Shown one piece after another: positions 20,443-30,888 of a stretch of 64,000 bases of DNA. A program made the position numbers and the translations under genes. The DNA is from Methanomassiliicoccaceae archaeon. GTDB lineage: Archaea; Thermoplasmatota; Thermoplasmata; Methanomassiliicoccales; Methanomassiliicoccaceae. Where the stretch lies: NCBI GenBank assembly GCA_963728405.1, contig CAVSJV010000004.1:1-64000 (forward strand), given 5' to 3'. Position 1 is the first letter of the stretch. Every line of letters starts with the position of its first letter. The notes under the pieces were generated by a model. That model saw nothing but the letters and a program-made list of their open reading frames with translations. It was not told the origin of the DNA and did no database searches.

Positions 20443-21264
20443 ATGAACACTAGGAAGCTGCTTTTGTGGGTGAACATTGGCCTCATTATAGCCATCGCCA
20501 TAAGCGCTGTTTTCCTGGGGATCATGGTCTCACAGGGTCCCTCCCAGGCGACGGTCCCTCGAGGAGTGCCGTACAATGTCATCTATATCGGCCCGACCGA
20601 GATCAAGATAGAGTTTGGCAATTTTTCTCAACATATCAGCTTTTCCGACCTAATAATTGAAGTGACAGCTCCAAATGGCGATGTCGGTAAGGCGGATGTA
20701 AAGAACGCTACAACAGAGTACGCTCAGAATACGGCTTTCCAAAGTCTATCCAGCATAAGGATCTCGTCATCCGGAGCAATGGACAAAGGCACATCGTTCA
20801 CTCTGCTCAATTATAGGGATTTGCAGACAGGGCCCTGGGCATTCAAGATGACCTATCGCAATACCGGTCAACTAGTGTCCGGAGGGACGATAATCGTACC
20901 GGATGTGGATGCGACCCCACAGGGTTCGTTCTCTGGCCTGAATAAGATCTCATCTAATGAAGTTAGGCTGGAATTCGGCACTATCGCTCCGAGCACTGAA
21001 TTTTCGTACTGCTATATCGTAGCGTGGGGGCCCTCAACGGCCACCACCGTGCTGTACCTCAATAACACGACCTCCATGAGGGTCCAGATGGATGATGGAA
21101 CGTTATTGAGCGTCGTCGACAGCAATGGTGACGGTATGATCAATCTAGGAGACTATGTGAGCCTTCAAACCGTTGGTCGGGAGCTTACGAAAGGCCAATG
21201 GTCGATCGAGGCCGATTACTACTTCACTAATGAAAAAATCGCTAATGCGGCTATTGATCTCTAG
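20443..21264 (+). CDS. Membrane-anchored extracellular protein with two repeated beta domains
   Basis: N-terminal TM; internal repeat IKIEFG..GPW / VRLEFG..GQW; DSNGDGMINLGD loop. Confidence 0.7.
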   Translation: MNTRKLLLWVNIGLIIAIAISAVFLGIMVSQGPSQATVPRGVPYNVIYIGPTEIKIEFGNFSQHISFSDLIIEVTAPNGDVGKADVKNATTEYAQNTAFQSLSSIRISSSGAMDKGTSFTLLNYRDLQTGPWAFKMTYRNTGQLVSGGTIIVPDVDATPQGSFSGLNKISSNEVRLEFGTIAPSTEFSYCYIVAWGPSTATTVLYLNNTTSMRVQMDDGTLLSVVDSNGDGMINLGDYVSLQTVGRELTKGQWSIEADYYFTNEKIANAAIDL

Positions 21265-21402
21265 TAGCCTGGAGTATTATGCTGATACTTATGGCCGTAA
21301 AGAGATCCCACCTGGCACTGGCAAAGATTATTAGAATATTATTTGATAATTATTATCTCTAATTTTCAATTTCACAAATCACTTCTGATTTTCAAATCTT
21401 TT

Positions 21403-21416
21403 CTTTTATATATGTA
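21403..21416 (+). promoter_or_regulatory. Putative TATA box of archaellin operon
   Basis: CTTTTATATATGTA at the end of a long AT-rich intergenic region. Confidence 0.5.
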
Positions 21417-21553
21417 CGGGGAGGATTTTGATCCAACTGCCTGATGAAAACAGGATACGCTACAGATGCGTATTCTCGTGCAAATCATCGCAGACGTGGC
21501 GTCCCGGACAAGGGGCAACTATAACTCTTGTTTAGGATCGCAAAAAGACCACG

Positions 21554-22445
21554 ATGGAGGTTTAACAATGGGATTGAACAAGAAGTTCGTTAAAATGAAG
21601 AACGACAAGCGCGCTGAGATGGGCGTCGGGACGATGATCATCTTCATCGCCATGGTCCTAGTGGCCGCGGTCGCCGCGTCTGTCCTGATCAGCACCGCTA
21701 ACACTGTGCGGGAGCAAGCCACTCAGACTGGCAACGATGCGATAAACAATGTTGCGTCTGGCTTTGACATCAAGTACAGTCAAGGGGACTGTGACTGCGA
21801 ATGCCATCACCTCGATGGATGTGTACATCCAGCTATCCGCTGGAAGCCCGTCCCTGAGAATGGGCAACGTTATCATCTCCGTAACCGCCGGTACCACCAG
21901 TGGTGAAGAAATCTACACCGTAGGTACTACTGCTGGTGCACTGGGTGCAGCGGCTGGAGCTCCCGATCTGTTTGGTGCAGTCCTAATTCCCCCCGCCGGT
22001 GCTGATACGCCATTCCTACTTTACGGTACTGTCTCCCAGGGCGATCTAGTGAAGGTCAACATTGATTTCCTGGCTCATGCAGCTCTCTCGGTTGCACCTG
22101 GTGCATCCATGTTGATAAAAATCATGCCAGCCCATGGCTCGACGACCACTGTGGCGTTCACTATACCGCCCGTTCTGGCCGCTGGCACTGTGAACCTGAG
22201 GTAAGCAATAACGGCCGAATAATGGAGGTTTAACAATGGGATTGAACAAGAAGTTCGTTAAAATGAAGAACGACAAGCGCGCTGAGATGGGCGTCGGGAC
22301 GATGATCATCTTCATCGCCATGGTCCTAGTGGCCGCGGTCGCCGCGTCTGTCCTGATCAGCACCGCTAACACTGTGCGGGAGCAAGCCACTCAGACTGGC
22401 AACGATGCGATAAACAATGTTGCGTCTGGCTTTGACATCAAGTAC
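21554..22445 (+). repeat. 224-bp identical direct repeat (21554-21777 and 22222-22445)
   Basis: RBS plus first 70 codons of both archaellins are identical base for base; second 61-bp identical block at 21805-21865 / 22472-22532. Confidence 0.93.
21568..22204 (+). CDS. flaB: Archaellin 1 (apparent +1 frameshift at about 21778)
   Basis: KRA/EMGVGTMIIFIAMVLVAAVAASVL; removing the extra A in ACAGT restores colinearity with the downstream paralog. Confidence 0.92.
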
Positions 22446-22895
22446 GTCAAGGGAACGGTCGCAGGCAATGTCATCACCTCGATGGATGTGTACATCCAGC
22501 TATCCGCTGGAAGCCCGTCCCTGAGAATGGGCGACATTATCATCTCGATTACTGCTGGAACCGTTAGCGGCGAAGAAGTCTTCGCTGGAGTCGCAACCAC
22601 GGACCCTGCCGGAGTAAAGGCCGCTGCAGCTGGAGATGACGATGCCGGTACGCCTGCGAGTTATTCGGCAGACCTAATTCCGCCTGCCGCAGCTCTGAGC
22701 CCGTTCTATGAATACGGCACTGTTGGACAGGGCAATCTTGTTAAGGTGCACATCGCCTTTATTGGTGAAGACGCTCTTGCGATCGCCCCAGGCGCCTCGG
22801 TCCAGATGAAGATCATGCCCGCCCATGGCTCCACCACGGCCGTCGCATTCACCGTCGCTCCGGTGCTGAGCGCTGGCACAATAAACCTGAGGTAA
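22236..22895 (+). CDS. flaB: Archaellin 2
   Basis: Same class III signal peptide and conserved N-terminal helix; intact 219-aa ORF. Confidence 0.95.
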   Translation: MGLNKKFVKMKNDKRAEMGVGTMIIFIAMVLVAAVAASVLISTANTVREQATQTGNDAINNVASGFDIKYVKGTVAGNVITSMDVYIQLSAGSPSLRMGDIIISITAGTVSGEEVFAGVATTDPAGVKAAAAGDDDAGTPASYSADLIPPAAALSPFYEYGTVGQGNLVKVHIAFIGEDALAIAPGASVQMKIMPAHGSTTAVAFTVAPVLSAGTINLR

Positions 22896-22914
22896 ACCTT
22901 TTCCAATATGGAAT

Positions 22915-23898
22915 ATGAAGGGAGGGAAACGACGAATGGAAAAGAATCGCACGACCCCCCTTGCTCCTTTTTTTTCTTCGCTAGCGATCCTCTCGTTTAA
23001 AAAGAAGAGCAAGGGTGGAGAGCTAGGGGGCCTGACCTCATCGATGGACGATCTTAACCTGGAAGGGGAGAACCTTTCCCTGAGCGACCTCGGTGGCAAC
23101 GTAGGCAGCCTCTCCAAGCTCGAAAAGAAGGATAAGAAGGAAGGAGGCCTTGATGATGACTTCCTCGCCGGCCTCACCACCAGCGGGCCCAGGGCCGATG
23201 ATAAGAAATTTCAGGAGATCGAGGCCAGCGTCAATGACCTTAAGAAACACGCTGAATCGACCGACATGAACAGCAAGGCCACCAAGGGCGAGATAGAGTA
23301 CATGAAGAAAGACCTCTCGCAGATCAATGATTCAATCAAGAGCCTGCTGAACGTTTATGAAGCGGTCAGCCGGCAATACAATCCGTTCGTCGACAGCGAG
23401 CTGCCCAGCTCGAAAAAGCCCGTGGCGGTCGAGGAGGATGATGTGGACCTATTAGCGAGCGGAAACCTCTCTCTCGGATCATTGGGCAACTCCAAGGACA
23501 CTAAGAAGATCGACCTTTCATCCTCACCGATGGACGATAACGGCCCTCTGGACCGCATCGTCAAACCTGGTGATGAGGAAGAGGAAGAATTCGGCAGCCT
23601 GGGGAAGCTCGACCAGGTGAAGATCCCTCCTTCACTGTTGGGGAAGGTCGATCTCACCGAACCAGAACCCCCCCAGATCCCTGAACCTGAGCCTACGATA
23701 TTGACCAGGCCACGGACGATCGATAAATCATCCGGTACTGAGGTCGACCATTACGCTCTAGAGCAGGTCCACAAGCTGGTAGAGTACCAGATGAGCAAGA
23801 TCTATAGGAGCAGGCTTGTCGGTGGTGAACCCGATATTGAGGACATCAAGGCATTTGATGTATGGATGAGTGAATTCAAGCGCCTGGGAGGGTGCTGA
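22915..23898 (+). CDS. flaC: Archaellum accessory protein FlaC-like with acidic linker
   Basis: Coiled coil ending IKSLLNVYEAVSRQYNPF; position between flaB and flaF. Confidence 0.75.
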   Translation: MKGGKRRMEKNRTTPLAPFFSSLAILSFKKKSKGGELGGLTSSMDDLNLEGENLSLSDLGGNVGSLSKLEKKDKKEGGLDDDFLAGLTTSGPRADDKKFQEIEASVNDLKKHAESTDMNSKATKGEIEYMKKDLSQINDSIKSLLNVYEAVSRQYNPFVDSELPSSKKPVAVEEDDVDLLASGNLSLGSLGNSKDTKKIDLSSSPMDDNGPLDRIVKPGDEEEEEFGSLGKLDQVKIPPSLLGKVDLTEPEPPQIPEPEPTILTRPRTIDKSSGTEVDHYALEQVHKLVEYQMSKIYRSRLVGGEPDIEDIKAFDVWMSEFKRLGGC

Positions 23899-24314
23899 TG
23901 GGAGTGAGCATCTCAGTTGCTGCCGCCATCATCTTCATTGCATCGACCGTTGTGTTCGGAACGATGATTAGTGCATTTGACGGAGCGCAGCAATCGCTGA
24001 TCGACGCTCAAAGAACGAGCTATGATCGTGAACAAGCTGCAAGCCATACAGAGATCCTGATCAATACGATCGACAGAGAGAACGGGACGATCACCATGGT
24101 AAACAAGGGGCCGATCACATTGCCACTCTATGGTCTTGACATTTTCCTCAATGGGACCTTGAACAATGATGCCATATCGGCCATTAACATAACAGACCAT
24201 CCCGACTCAAAGATCTGGTTACCGAATGATGTTCTTACGATCGATTTCGATCACGATCTGAATGAGACCAGTGTGAAAATCGTGACTAACAATGGAGTAA
24301 CGATCTACGCTTAG
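23898..24314 (+). CDS. flaF: Archaellum protein FlaF
   Basis: MGVSISVAAAIIF TM, N.G, WLP, KIVT.NG; TGATG coupling to flaC. Confidence 0.85.
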   Translation: MGVSISVAAAIIFIASTVVFGTMISAFDGAQQSLIDAQRTSYDREQAASHTEILINTIDRENGTITMVNKGPITLPLYGLDIFLNGTLNNDAISAINITDHPDSKIWLPNDVLTIDFDHDLNETSVKIVTNNGVTIYA

Positions 24315-24325
24315 GTGGGACAAGA

Positions 24326-24766
24326 ATGGCTGCAGAGAGTTCGTTCACTCAAATGCTCTTCTTCATCGCATCCATCCTCGTGGCAGTCTCAATCTCAGGA
24401 GTGATCATCGGCATATCCGGGTCGATGGCTCAGGAGATTCAGACCAAAGCGAATAACGCAAGTTCAGAAATGGGTACGTCCATCCTGTTCGTCAATGATC
24501 CTAGATACGTCCCCTATCACGATGGTAACCTGACACTATACCTTAAGAACATAGGGGACATCACTCTGTATAATTATAATATGCTGATCTTTATAGATGG
24601 CGAGTATATTGACCATTCAGTACAAGTAGTAGGAACGAACAGCACGGCCTGGACACCCGGAAATACAATCGAGATCCATGCAGAGATCGTCCTACAACCG
24701 GGAGATCACTCTGCAAAGGCAATAACGGCTAACGGCGTTTCTGACACGATGGACTTTAGGCTATAA
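24326..24766 (+). CDS. flaG: Archaellum protein FlaG
   Basis: SSFTQMLFFIASILVA, NDP, YLKNIG, FIDG, W.PG, GDH. Confidence 0.88.
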   Translation: MAAESSFTQMLFFIASILVAVSISGVIIGISGSMAQEIQTKANNASSEMGTSILFVNDPRYVPYHDGNLTLYLKNIGDITLYNYNMLIFIDGEYIDHSVQVVGTNSTAWTPGNTIEIHAEIVLQPGDHSAKAITANGVSDTMDFRL

Positions 24767-24819
24767 CCGATGAGACAGTAATTGGTCAAAATAAAATGGC
24801 GATGGGGGGGTGTGTTCAT

Positions 24820-25542
24820 ATGAGCGATGGATCCGTGGAGGCGAAAGCGCTTCGTTCCGACTTATTTGGGATCCACCTTAAACAGGACGAGCTTTCTATA
24901 AAGATGGGAGGAGGAATTCCCCGCGGTTCCACCATGCTCATCGAGGGCGCGGAAGGCTCCGGCCGAAGCGTTCTCTGCCAGCGCCTACTCTACGGCATCC
25001 TGGCCAACGGCCACACTGCGACCTACGTGAGCACGGAGATGACCCTTCGGGACTTCATCGATCAGATGTACTCTCTAGAGTACAAGATCGACCAGTACCT
25101 CATCAAGGGGACATTTCAGTACTTTCCTGTTTATCCTCTCATCGGCCAGTCCAGGAACCGGACCGATTTCATGGAGAAGCTGATGACCTCTCCCCAGTTG
25201 TACAGCAAGGACTTCCTGATCATCGATTCCTTCTCAACGCTGACAAAGGACTCGCTCAACGAACAGAGCTGCATCCGCTACATGGGCTTCCTGAAGAAGC
25301 AGATGAAGCTCGATAAGACCATATTGATGACCGCCGACGAGAACTGTAAGGCCATCGATCCACTTCGCCAGGCGGTAGATATATACATGTCTATCAAGAT
25401 GAAGTCCTCCGGCCAGGGGATGATACGCAATGTCAATTTCTTGCGTTATCAAAGGGCCAAGAAGAAGGTCGACGACCAGATGAAGATACGGATAGAGCCC
25501 GGCATCGGCCTGGTCATCGAGATCACTGAGGTGTCTGGTTAA
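24820..25542 (+). CDS. flaH: Archaellum RecA-like ATPase FlaH
   Basis: DEL..KMGGGIP.GS, GAEGSGRS, YVSTE, IIDSFS, RIEPGIGL.IEI. Confidence 0.92.
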   Translation: MSDGSVEAKALRSDLFGIHLKQDELSIKMGGGIPRGSTMLIEGAEGSGRSVLCQRLLYGILANGHTATYVSTEMTLRDFIDQMYSLEYKIDQYLIKGTFQYFPVYPLIGQSRNRTDFMEKLMTSPQLYSKDFLIIDSFSTLTKDSLNEQSCIRYMGFLKKQMKLDKTILMTADENCKAIDPLRQAVDIYMSIKMKSSGQGMIRNVNFLRYQRAKKKVDDQMKIRIEPGIGLVIEITEVSG

Positions 25543-27192
25543 TGGTATTGTTGGACCCGAACCTAGAGAAAGCAATGAAGGGCAACATCTACCTCAAGGA
25601 GTACATAGATGACCTAAAAAAGGTCACCAACCTCCTGCCGAAGTATTACGATAATCTGTCCGTGAAGGACCTGGCCGAGATCCGTAAGATGGCGATTATC
25701 GATCCCAACGCCGCCAATGTCATCTACAAGATCGGCAACGGCAACATCCACATCGATGCTCTCCGCTCTCGCTACGTCAGCATCGAGCACAAGCTGGACA
25801 TGGAGGAGAAGGAGAACCTCCGCTTGATCAAGGAGTCCATCCTGGAGAAGGCCACCCAGGAAGAGTCGGTGGAGACCAAGGAGGACCTGATCCGTATCCT
25901 GGAGAAATTGTACGACCGATCGGTCGATCTGGTCCAGGGCAAAGGAAAGAAAGGAAAGAAGGTAGGCGGCGGCAAGGTCCAGGTCAACCAGAGAGAGTAC
26001 GACATCCTGAAGTACTACATCAATCGGGATATCGTTGGGTACGGGCCCATCGAGCCACTCATCCTTGACCCATACATAGAAGATATCCACCTGATCGGCA
26101 CGGGCAAGGTGCGCGTTTCGCACAAGGCGTTCCAGTTCGGACTCGAGACGAACGTGCGATTCGACGATGACATCTCCCTGAACGAGTTCTTCGTTTCCAT
26201 CTCTGAAAGGATGGGTCGGCCGGTGAGCGCCTCGAGACCGATCGTCGATGGTACGCTGCCGGACGGGTCGCGTATCAATATGATCTATTCGAACGAGATC
26301 AGCGCCCGTGGCTCGTCGTGCACCATCCGTAAGTTCAGCGCCGAGCCCATCTCTCCCATTCAGCTGATCAAGTTCGGGACAGTTCTCGCCGGAGTTCGTC
26401 GCCTATATCTGGCTGTGCCTCGAGAACAAGATGAACATCATCTTGTCTGGAGAAACTGCCTCCGGCAAGACCACGGCCCTGAATGCCATCATGTCGTTCA
26501 TCGACCATCGCGGCAAGATCTACTCTGTCGAGGACACTCCAGAAGTAAAGCCGCCCCAGAAAGGGTGGCAACGCTGCGTTACAAGGGAATCGGGCCCGGA
26601 GGAAGCGCGTGTCACCATGTTCGACCTGCTCAGGGCGGCGTTGAGGTCCCGTCCCGATTACATCATCATCGGTGAGATCAGAGGTGAGGAGGGACGTGTA
26701 GCGTTCCAATGCATGCAGACCGGTATCCCGGTCATGGCCACCTTCCACGCCTCCAACGCCACCAAGTTCATTCAAAGGATGACGGGTCAACCGATCAGCA
26801 TCCCCATGTCCTTCATCGACAACGTCAACGTCATTATTTTCCAATCGGCGGTGAACGTCAACCGCCGTTACCTGAGGCGGGTGACGAACGTCGAGGAGTT
26901 CATGGGCTACTCCAAGGAGGATGGCGGCGTGCTCACCAGGAACGTCTTCAAGTGGGACTCCGCCACCGACAAGCTGTACTTCAGGGGCAATAACAACAGC
27001 TACATCCTGGAGAAGAGGATCGCCGCCGAGCATGGTTATACCGAGCCGAAGGAGATCTACAAGGACCTGAGGCAGAGAGAGAAGATCATCCAAAAGATGG
27101 TGGATCTCGATATCACCGGTTATCATGAGGTCAACAAGATTTTAAGCGACTATTACGAGTATGGTCCCAGTTCCCTACCGTTCGTGGTATGA
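25542..27192 (+). CDS. flaI: Archaellum motor ATPase FlaI (apparent +1 frameshift at about 26381)
   Basis: DPYIEDI, LPDGSRIN, TIRKF in first frame; GETASGKTT, RPDYIIIGEIRG, QTG..V.ATFHA in second. Confidence 0.93.
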
Positions 27193-27201
27193 GGCGGACC
27201 G

Positions 27202-28893
27202 ATGAAGCTCGACAATTGGCTGCGCGACCTGAAGATGGGCAGGAAGGCTTACTTCAGGCTCATCCTGCTCTCAGTGGTAGTCTTCGGGCTGGCCATCCCG
27301 ATGGTCATGACATTTTTCCTGGCCCCCATCGTCGGCTATCCGCTCATCTATATTCTCTACGTACTCCCCATCTTCGGCATCGTAGTGGTGCTCCTGCTGC
27401 CGGCGGTCTATTCTGGCAAGCGAAAGATGAACGTGGACAATAACATGCCCATGTTCGTCACCACCATGGCGGCGCTGTCCACATCGGACATGTCGTTCGA
27501 CAAGGTCTTCTACATATTATCAGAGAAGAAGGAGTTCGGGCAGCTCGCCGAGGACGCCAAGCAGATCTATCGCTTACTGAAGCACTACAGCGTGGGCGCG
27601 GCCGAGGCCTGCCGGTTCGTGGCCCAGAGGACATCCAGCCAGACGGAATCGGACTTCTTCCAGCGGCTGTCCCACTCCCTTGATGTAGGTGAGAAGCTCG
27701 ACCGTTTCATGCATAACGAGCACGACGTCATGATGGACGAGTACATGCTGAAGTCCGAGTCGGCGCTCAAGGACCTGGACTTCGTCAAGGAGATCTACAC
27801 GGGCATTACCACGTCCCTGATCTTTACGGCCGTCTTCGTGGCCATCACGCCGATCCTCGGGGGCAAGGACATCGACATGTTGCTGTTCGGCGTGGTGGTG
27901 TCGTTCGTCGCCATGGAAGGCTTCTTCATCTATTTCCTCAAGACCAAGGTCCCCAAGGACAACATCTGGTACAGCTTCCGGGCGAAGATCAAACGAGGTT
28001 ACGTGATGGATGGGGACCGCATCATCTTCACCTCGGTGCTAGTGGCCATATTCGGCATCATCCTACTCGCCTTCGTCATGATCCCGTCCGGTTTCCCGAT
28101 GATGTTCATTGCCTCGACCATCTTCCTTCCAGCCCTGTTCCCGGGCATATTGATATTTAGGGAGGAGAGGAAGATCGAGAAACGGGACAACCTCTACGGG
28201 GCGTTCATCCGTTCCCTTGGCCGTTCGTCGGAAGTGAGCGGCACCACCATGTCCGACGGCGTCAAGAAGCTCGCTATGCACAAGTTCGGCCCGTTGACCG
28301 ACATGATAAAAAACCTGTCCAAGCGGCTGGCGATGCATATCAATGCCACCGACTCCTGGAGACACTTCTCCGCCGAGTGCTCGAGCAGCCTGATCGATCG
28401 GTTCGGAGAGATGTACGTACTGTGCATCCAGAACGGCTCCAAGCCGGAAAAGACGAGCATCTTCATCAGCGGCAACATGTTCAAGGTGCTGACCGTTAGG
28501 AAGAGGCGGCAGACCATCGCATCCTCGTTCGTCGGCATCCTCTATGGCATCATGATCTCCCTGTCGGTCACGCTGTACGTCACTATCGGCATTGTGTCAT
28601 TCATGGGCAATATGATGGGCGACCTGGCCACTCAGAACCCCGACTTCGTGTCCGGCGGCTTTCTTACGAGCATATTCTCCGCTACTTACTCGACCGCGGG
28701 CATCGAGCTCATGGCCTTCGCCGTGATCTTCATCCACGCCCTCATGTCATCACTGATGCTTCCTATGCTCAAGGGTGGCCACATGGCCGGCTCGGTCATC
28801 CACTTCATCGCCCTCATGTGGATCGGCTCGGTGGGCTCGTACATCTCAACTATTATGATCGGCGGCCTGATGGGGACGGGCGGCACCGGTTAG
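27202..28893 (+). CDS. flaJ: Archaellum membrane platform FlaJ
   Basis: Multi-TM with two T2SSF-like cytoplasmic domains; follows flaI. Confidence 0.92.
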   Translation: MKLDNWLRDLKMGRKAYFRLILLSVVVFGLAIPMVMTFFLAPIVGYPLIYILYVLPIFGIVVVLLLPAVYSGKRKMNVDNNMPMFVTTMAALSTSDMSFDKVFYILSEKKEFGQLAEDAKQIYRLLKHYSVGAAEACRFVAQRTSSQTESDFFQRLSHSLDVGEKLDRFMHNEHDVMMDEYMLKSESALKDLDFVKEIYTGITTSLIFTAVFVAITPILGGKDIDMLLFGVVVSFVAMEGFFIYFLKTKVPKDNIWYSFRAKIKRGYVMDGDRIIFTSVLVAIFGIILLAFVMIPSGFPMMFIASTIFLPALFPGILIFREERKIEKRDNLYGAFIRSLGRSSEVSGTTMSDGVKKLAMHKFGPLTDMIKNLSKRLAMHINATDSWRHFSAECSSSLIDRFGEMYVLCIQNGSKPEKTSIFISGNMFKVLTVRKRRQTIASSFVGILYGIMISLSVTLYVTIGIVSFMGNMMGDLATQNPDFVSGGFLTSIFSATYSTAGIELMAFAVIFIHALMSSLMLPMLKGGHMAGSVIHFIALMWIGSVGSYISTIMIGGLMGTGGTG

Positions 28894-29008
28894 AAATGCG
28901 GACAGTGGATCGGGTCTGCTCCGAACAGCATCTGTATGATTGCCTGCGGCTTCATCCAAATGGCCTTCGGGGAATGAGGGTGAAAGAGCATATGACGACC
29001 TAATGATG

Positions 29009-29347
29009 TCAAAGGGCCCCCCTTTGCTCATTTTCATTTCCCTTGATGCAATAATAGATCTTGGTCAGGCCAAGCTCTTCCGTCACGGGGCAGGTCTCGC
29101 ATATGCACCATTTTTCTTCGGTGATGCAATCGCTCTTACCCGAGTCAAAAGAGCAGAAGAACAATTCGCCTTTCTGCTTTGCACAATCATTATAGGATGG
29201 GCAATCGGGGCAAATGCACTTTCCCTTAAGCTCGACCAGTCGCTTCGCTCCCTGGACCGGGTCCCTCTTCACCATCTCTTGGAATTCTGCCCATCGGTCC
29301 GTCTTATTTACTGAGGGCAGGGCCATGACAATAGGGCTGATGAACAT
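29009..29347 (-). CDS. DUF2769 Cys-rich protein (second copy)
   Basis: CICPDCPSY..C....FFC...GKSDC....CICETCPV......YYC. Confidence 0.85.
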   Translation of the reverse strand: MFISPIVMALPSVNKTDRWAEFQEMVKRDPVQGAKRLVELKGKCICPDCPSYNDCAKQKGELFFCSFDSGKSDCITEEKWCICETCPVTEELGLTKIYYCIKGNENEQRGAL

Positions 29348-29499
29348 CGGATCACCAGTTCAGCGTTCGAGCTTGACCGATAAATAGCCTTATTCAGGCG
29401 GGGGTTCGGCTCGTCGTGTGGAAGCGTCATCCGTATGAGCTATTAATTAGCATCCAAGATGAACTCTGCACAGTTTCCGACGAGGGGCCCAGGAACGGA

Positions 29500-30888
29500 T
29501 CATCCTTCTCTTGCCGGTATGCCGTAATATATCAAGGACGAACCGATCTTCAGGTAGTTCATCTCCTTAAAGCCCAGACAACGATCATGAGAGCTGCCTC
29601 TTTCTCTGACCGATGCTTGGCTTTCTAAGATGTAGGGGCCAACAAGGCCGATCATCAACCTTACCTGTTCGTTGAACATTATAGAGCGGAGCACTTCGGG
29701 AGGTCCCTCTACAATGATCGAGGCCATGCCACGGGCCCATAGCATATCCAGTATGGATCCATGGGACCTATTGGGCGGCAAATAGGCGGCCTCGACCCCC
29801 GATCGCTCTAGCAGATCCCTCCGACCCTCATCAGCACCCGTCCCGGCCAAGATCAACAGGTTCGAAGGCAGTGTGGCCAAGTCCAGCCGTTCGACCTCAC
29901 GAAGGTCCTCATCCCAGATGACCATCAACGGACCAGCGCCATCCCCATTGAGCGGATCGAAGATGTGCGATCGAGCATCCACCAGGACCGCCTGATGTTT
30001 GGCCCTAAGGCGGTTCCTAAGAGCGGCCAGTTCCTTCGATATCTCCGGTGGGCGGGAGAGCTTTGGATTGGCTACCTGGCCGTTCAATGTCTGATCAAAA
30101 AAGAGGGTGACCAGGGGACCGCCTGAACCATTGGGAGCAATGGCCCGGTTCACGAATCTGAGCAATTTCTCGATCTCGGGGGAATGATATGAGTTGGCAT
30201 CGAGATCGATGATGTGATGGAAACGCTCGGCCTTTGTCTCCAGATATTTGATATTATCCTTGGTGACCCGGGGATTGATCGGGATCATCGATGTAACGCT
30301 GACCCCGCATTTATCGAACGAGTTGAACTTATCTGGGTTGTTGGACAGTAGGCGGATCGACCTTACTCCCAGATCCCTTAGCATCATGAAGGCGACATCG
30401 TATTCCCGGGCATCGGGGAGGTAGCCGAGGGCCATGTTCGCTTCGATGGTATCGAGGCCCTCATCCTGCAGATTGTATGAATGCAATTTGGAAAGGAGGC
30501 CTATCCCCCTCCCTTCCTGCCGGAGGTAGATGAGAACCCCCACTCCCTCCTCGGCGATCACTTCCAACGACTGGTGCAATTGAGACTGGCAGTCGCAGCG
30601 CAATGAACCGAAGAGGTCCCCGGTCAAACATTCGGAGTGTATCCGGACCATAACGTCCGTCTTTTCATGAACATCGCCCAGGACCAGGGCGAGGTGCTGT
30701 TTTCCATTGTCGTCCTCATAGAGATGAAGTCGAAAGTCTGCCACATCGGTAGGGAGCCGCACGTCGACCTCGTGAGTGATAGCAGACCTCCCCTGAAGGA
30801 TCATTCGATTCGAATCATTATCGACCATTGCTTCCCTCATCCTCTCGACCACATGTCGGTCATCGATCCTGGACCGAACCAACGACAT
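29500..30888 (-). CDS. ribA: GTP cyclohydrolase II fused to degenerate RibD-C (reductase-like) domain
   Basis: VRIHSECLTGDLFGSLRCDC, QEGRGIGL, LSNNPDK; C-terminal P.VTL...QTLNG, LRAKHQAVLV, IIVEG. Confidence 0.88.
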   Translation of the reverse strand: MSLVRSRIDDRHVVERMREAMVDNDSNRMILQGRSAITHEVDVRLPTDVADFRLHLYEDDNGKQHLALVLGDVHEKTDVMVRIHSECLTGDLFGSLRCDCQSQLHQSLEVIAEEGVGVLIYLRQEGRGIGLLSKLHSYNLQDEGLDTIEANMALGYLPDAREYDVAFMMLRDLGVRSIRLLSNNPDKFNSFDKCGVSVTSMIPINPRVTKDNIKYLETKAERFHHIIDLDANSYHSPEIEKLLRFVNRAIAPNGSGGPLVTLFFDQTLNGQVANPKLSRPPEISKELAALRNRLRAKHQAVLVDARSHIFDPLNGDGAGPLMVIWDEDLREVERLDLATLPSNLLILAGTGADEGRRDLLERSGVEAAYLPPNRSHGSILDMLWARGMASIIVEGPPEVLRSIMFNEQVRLMIGLVGPYILESQASVRERGSSHDRCLGFKEMNYLKIGSSLIYYGIPAREG

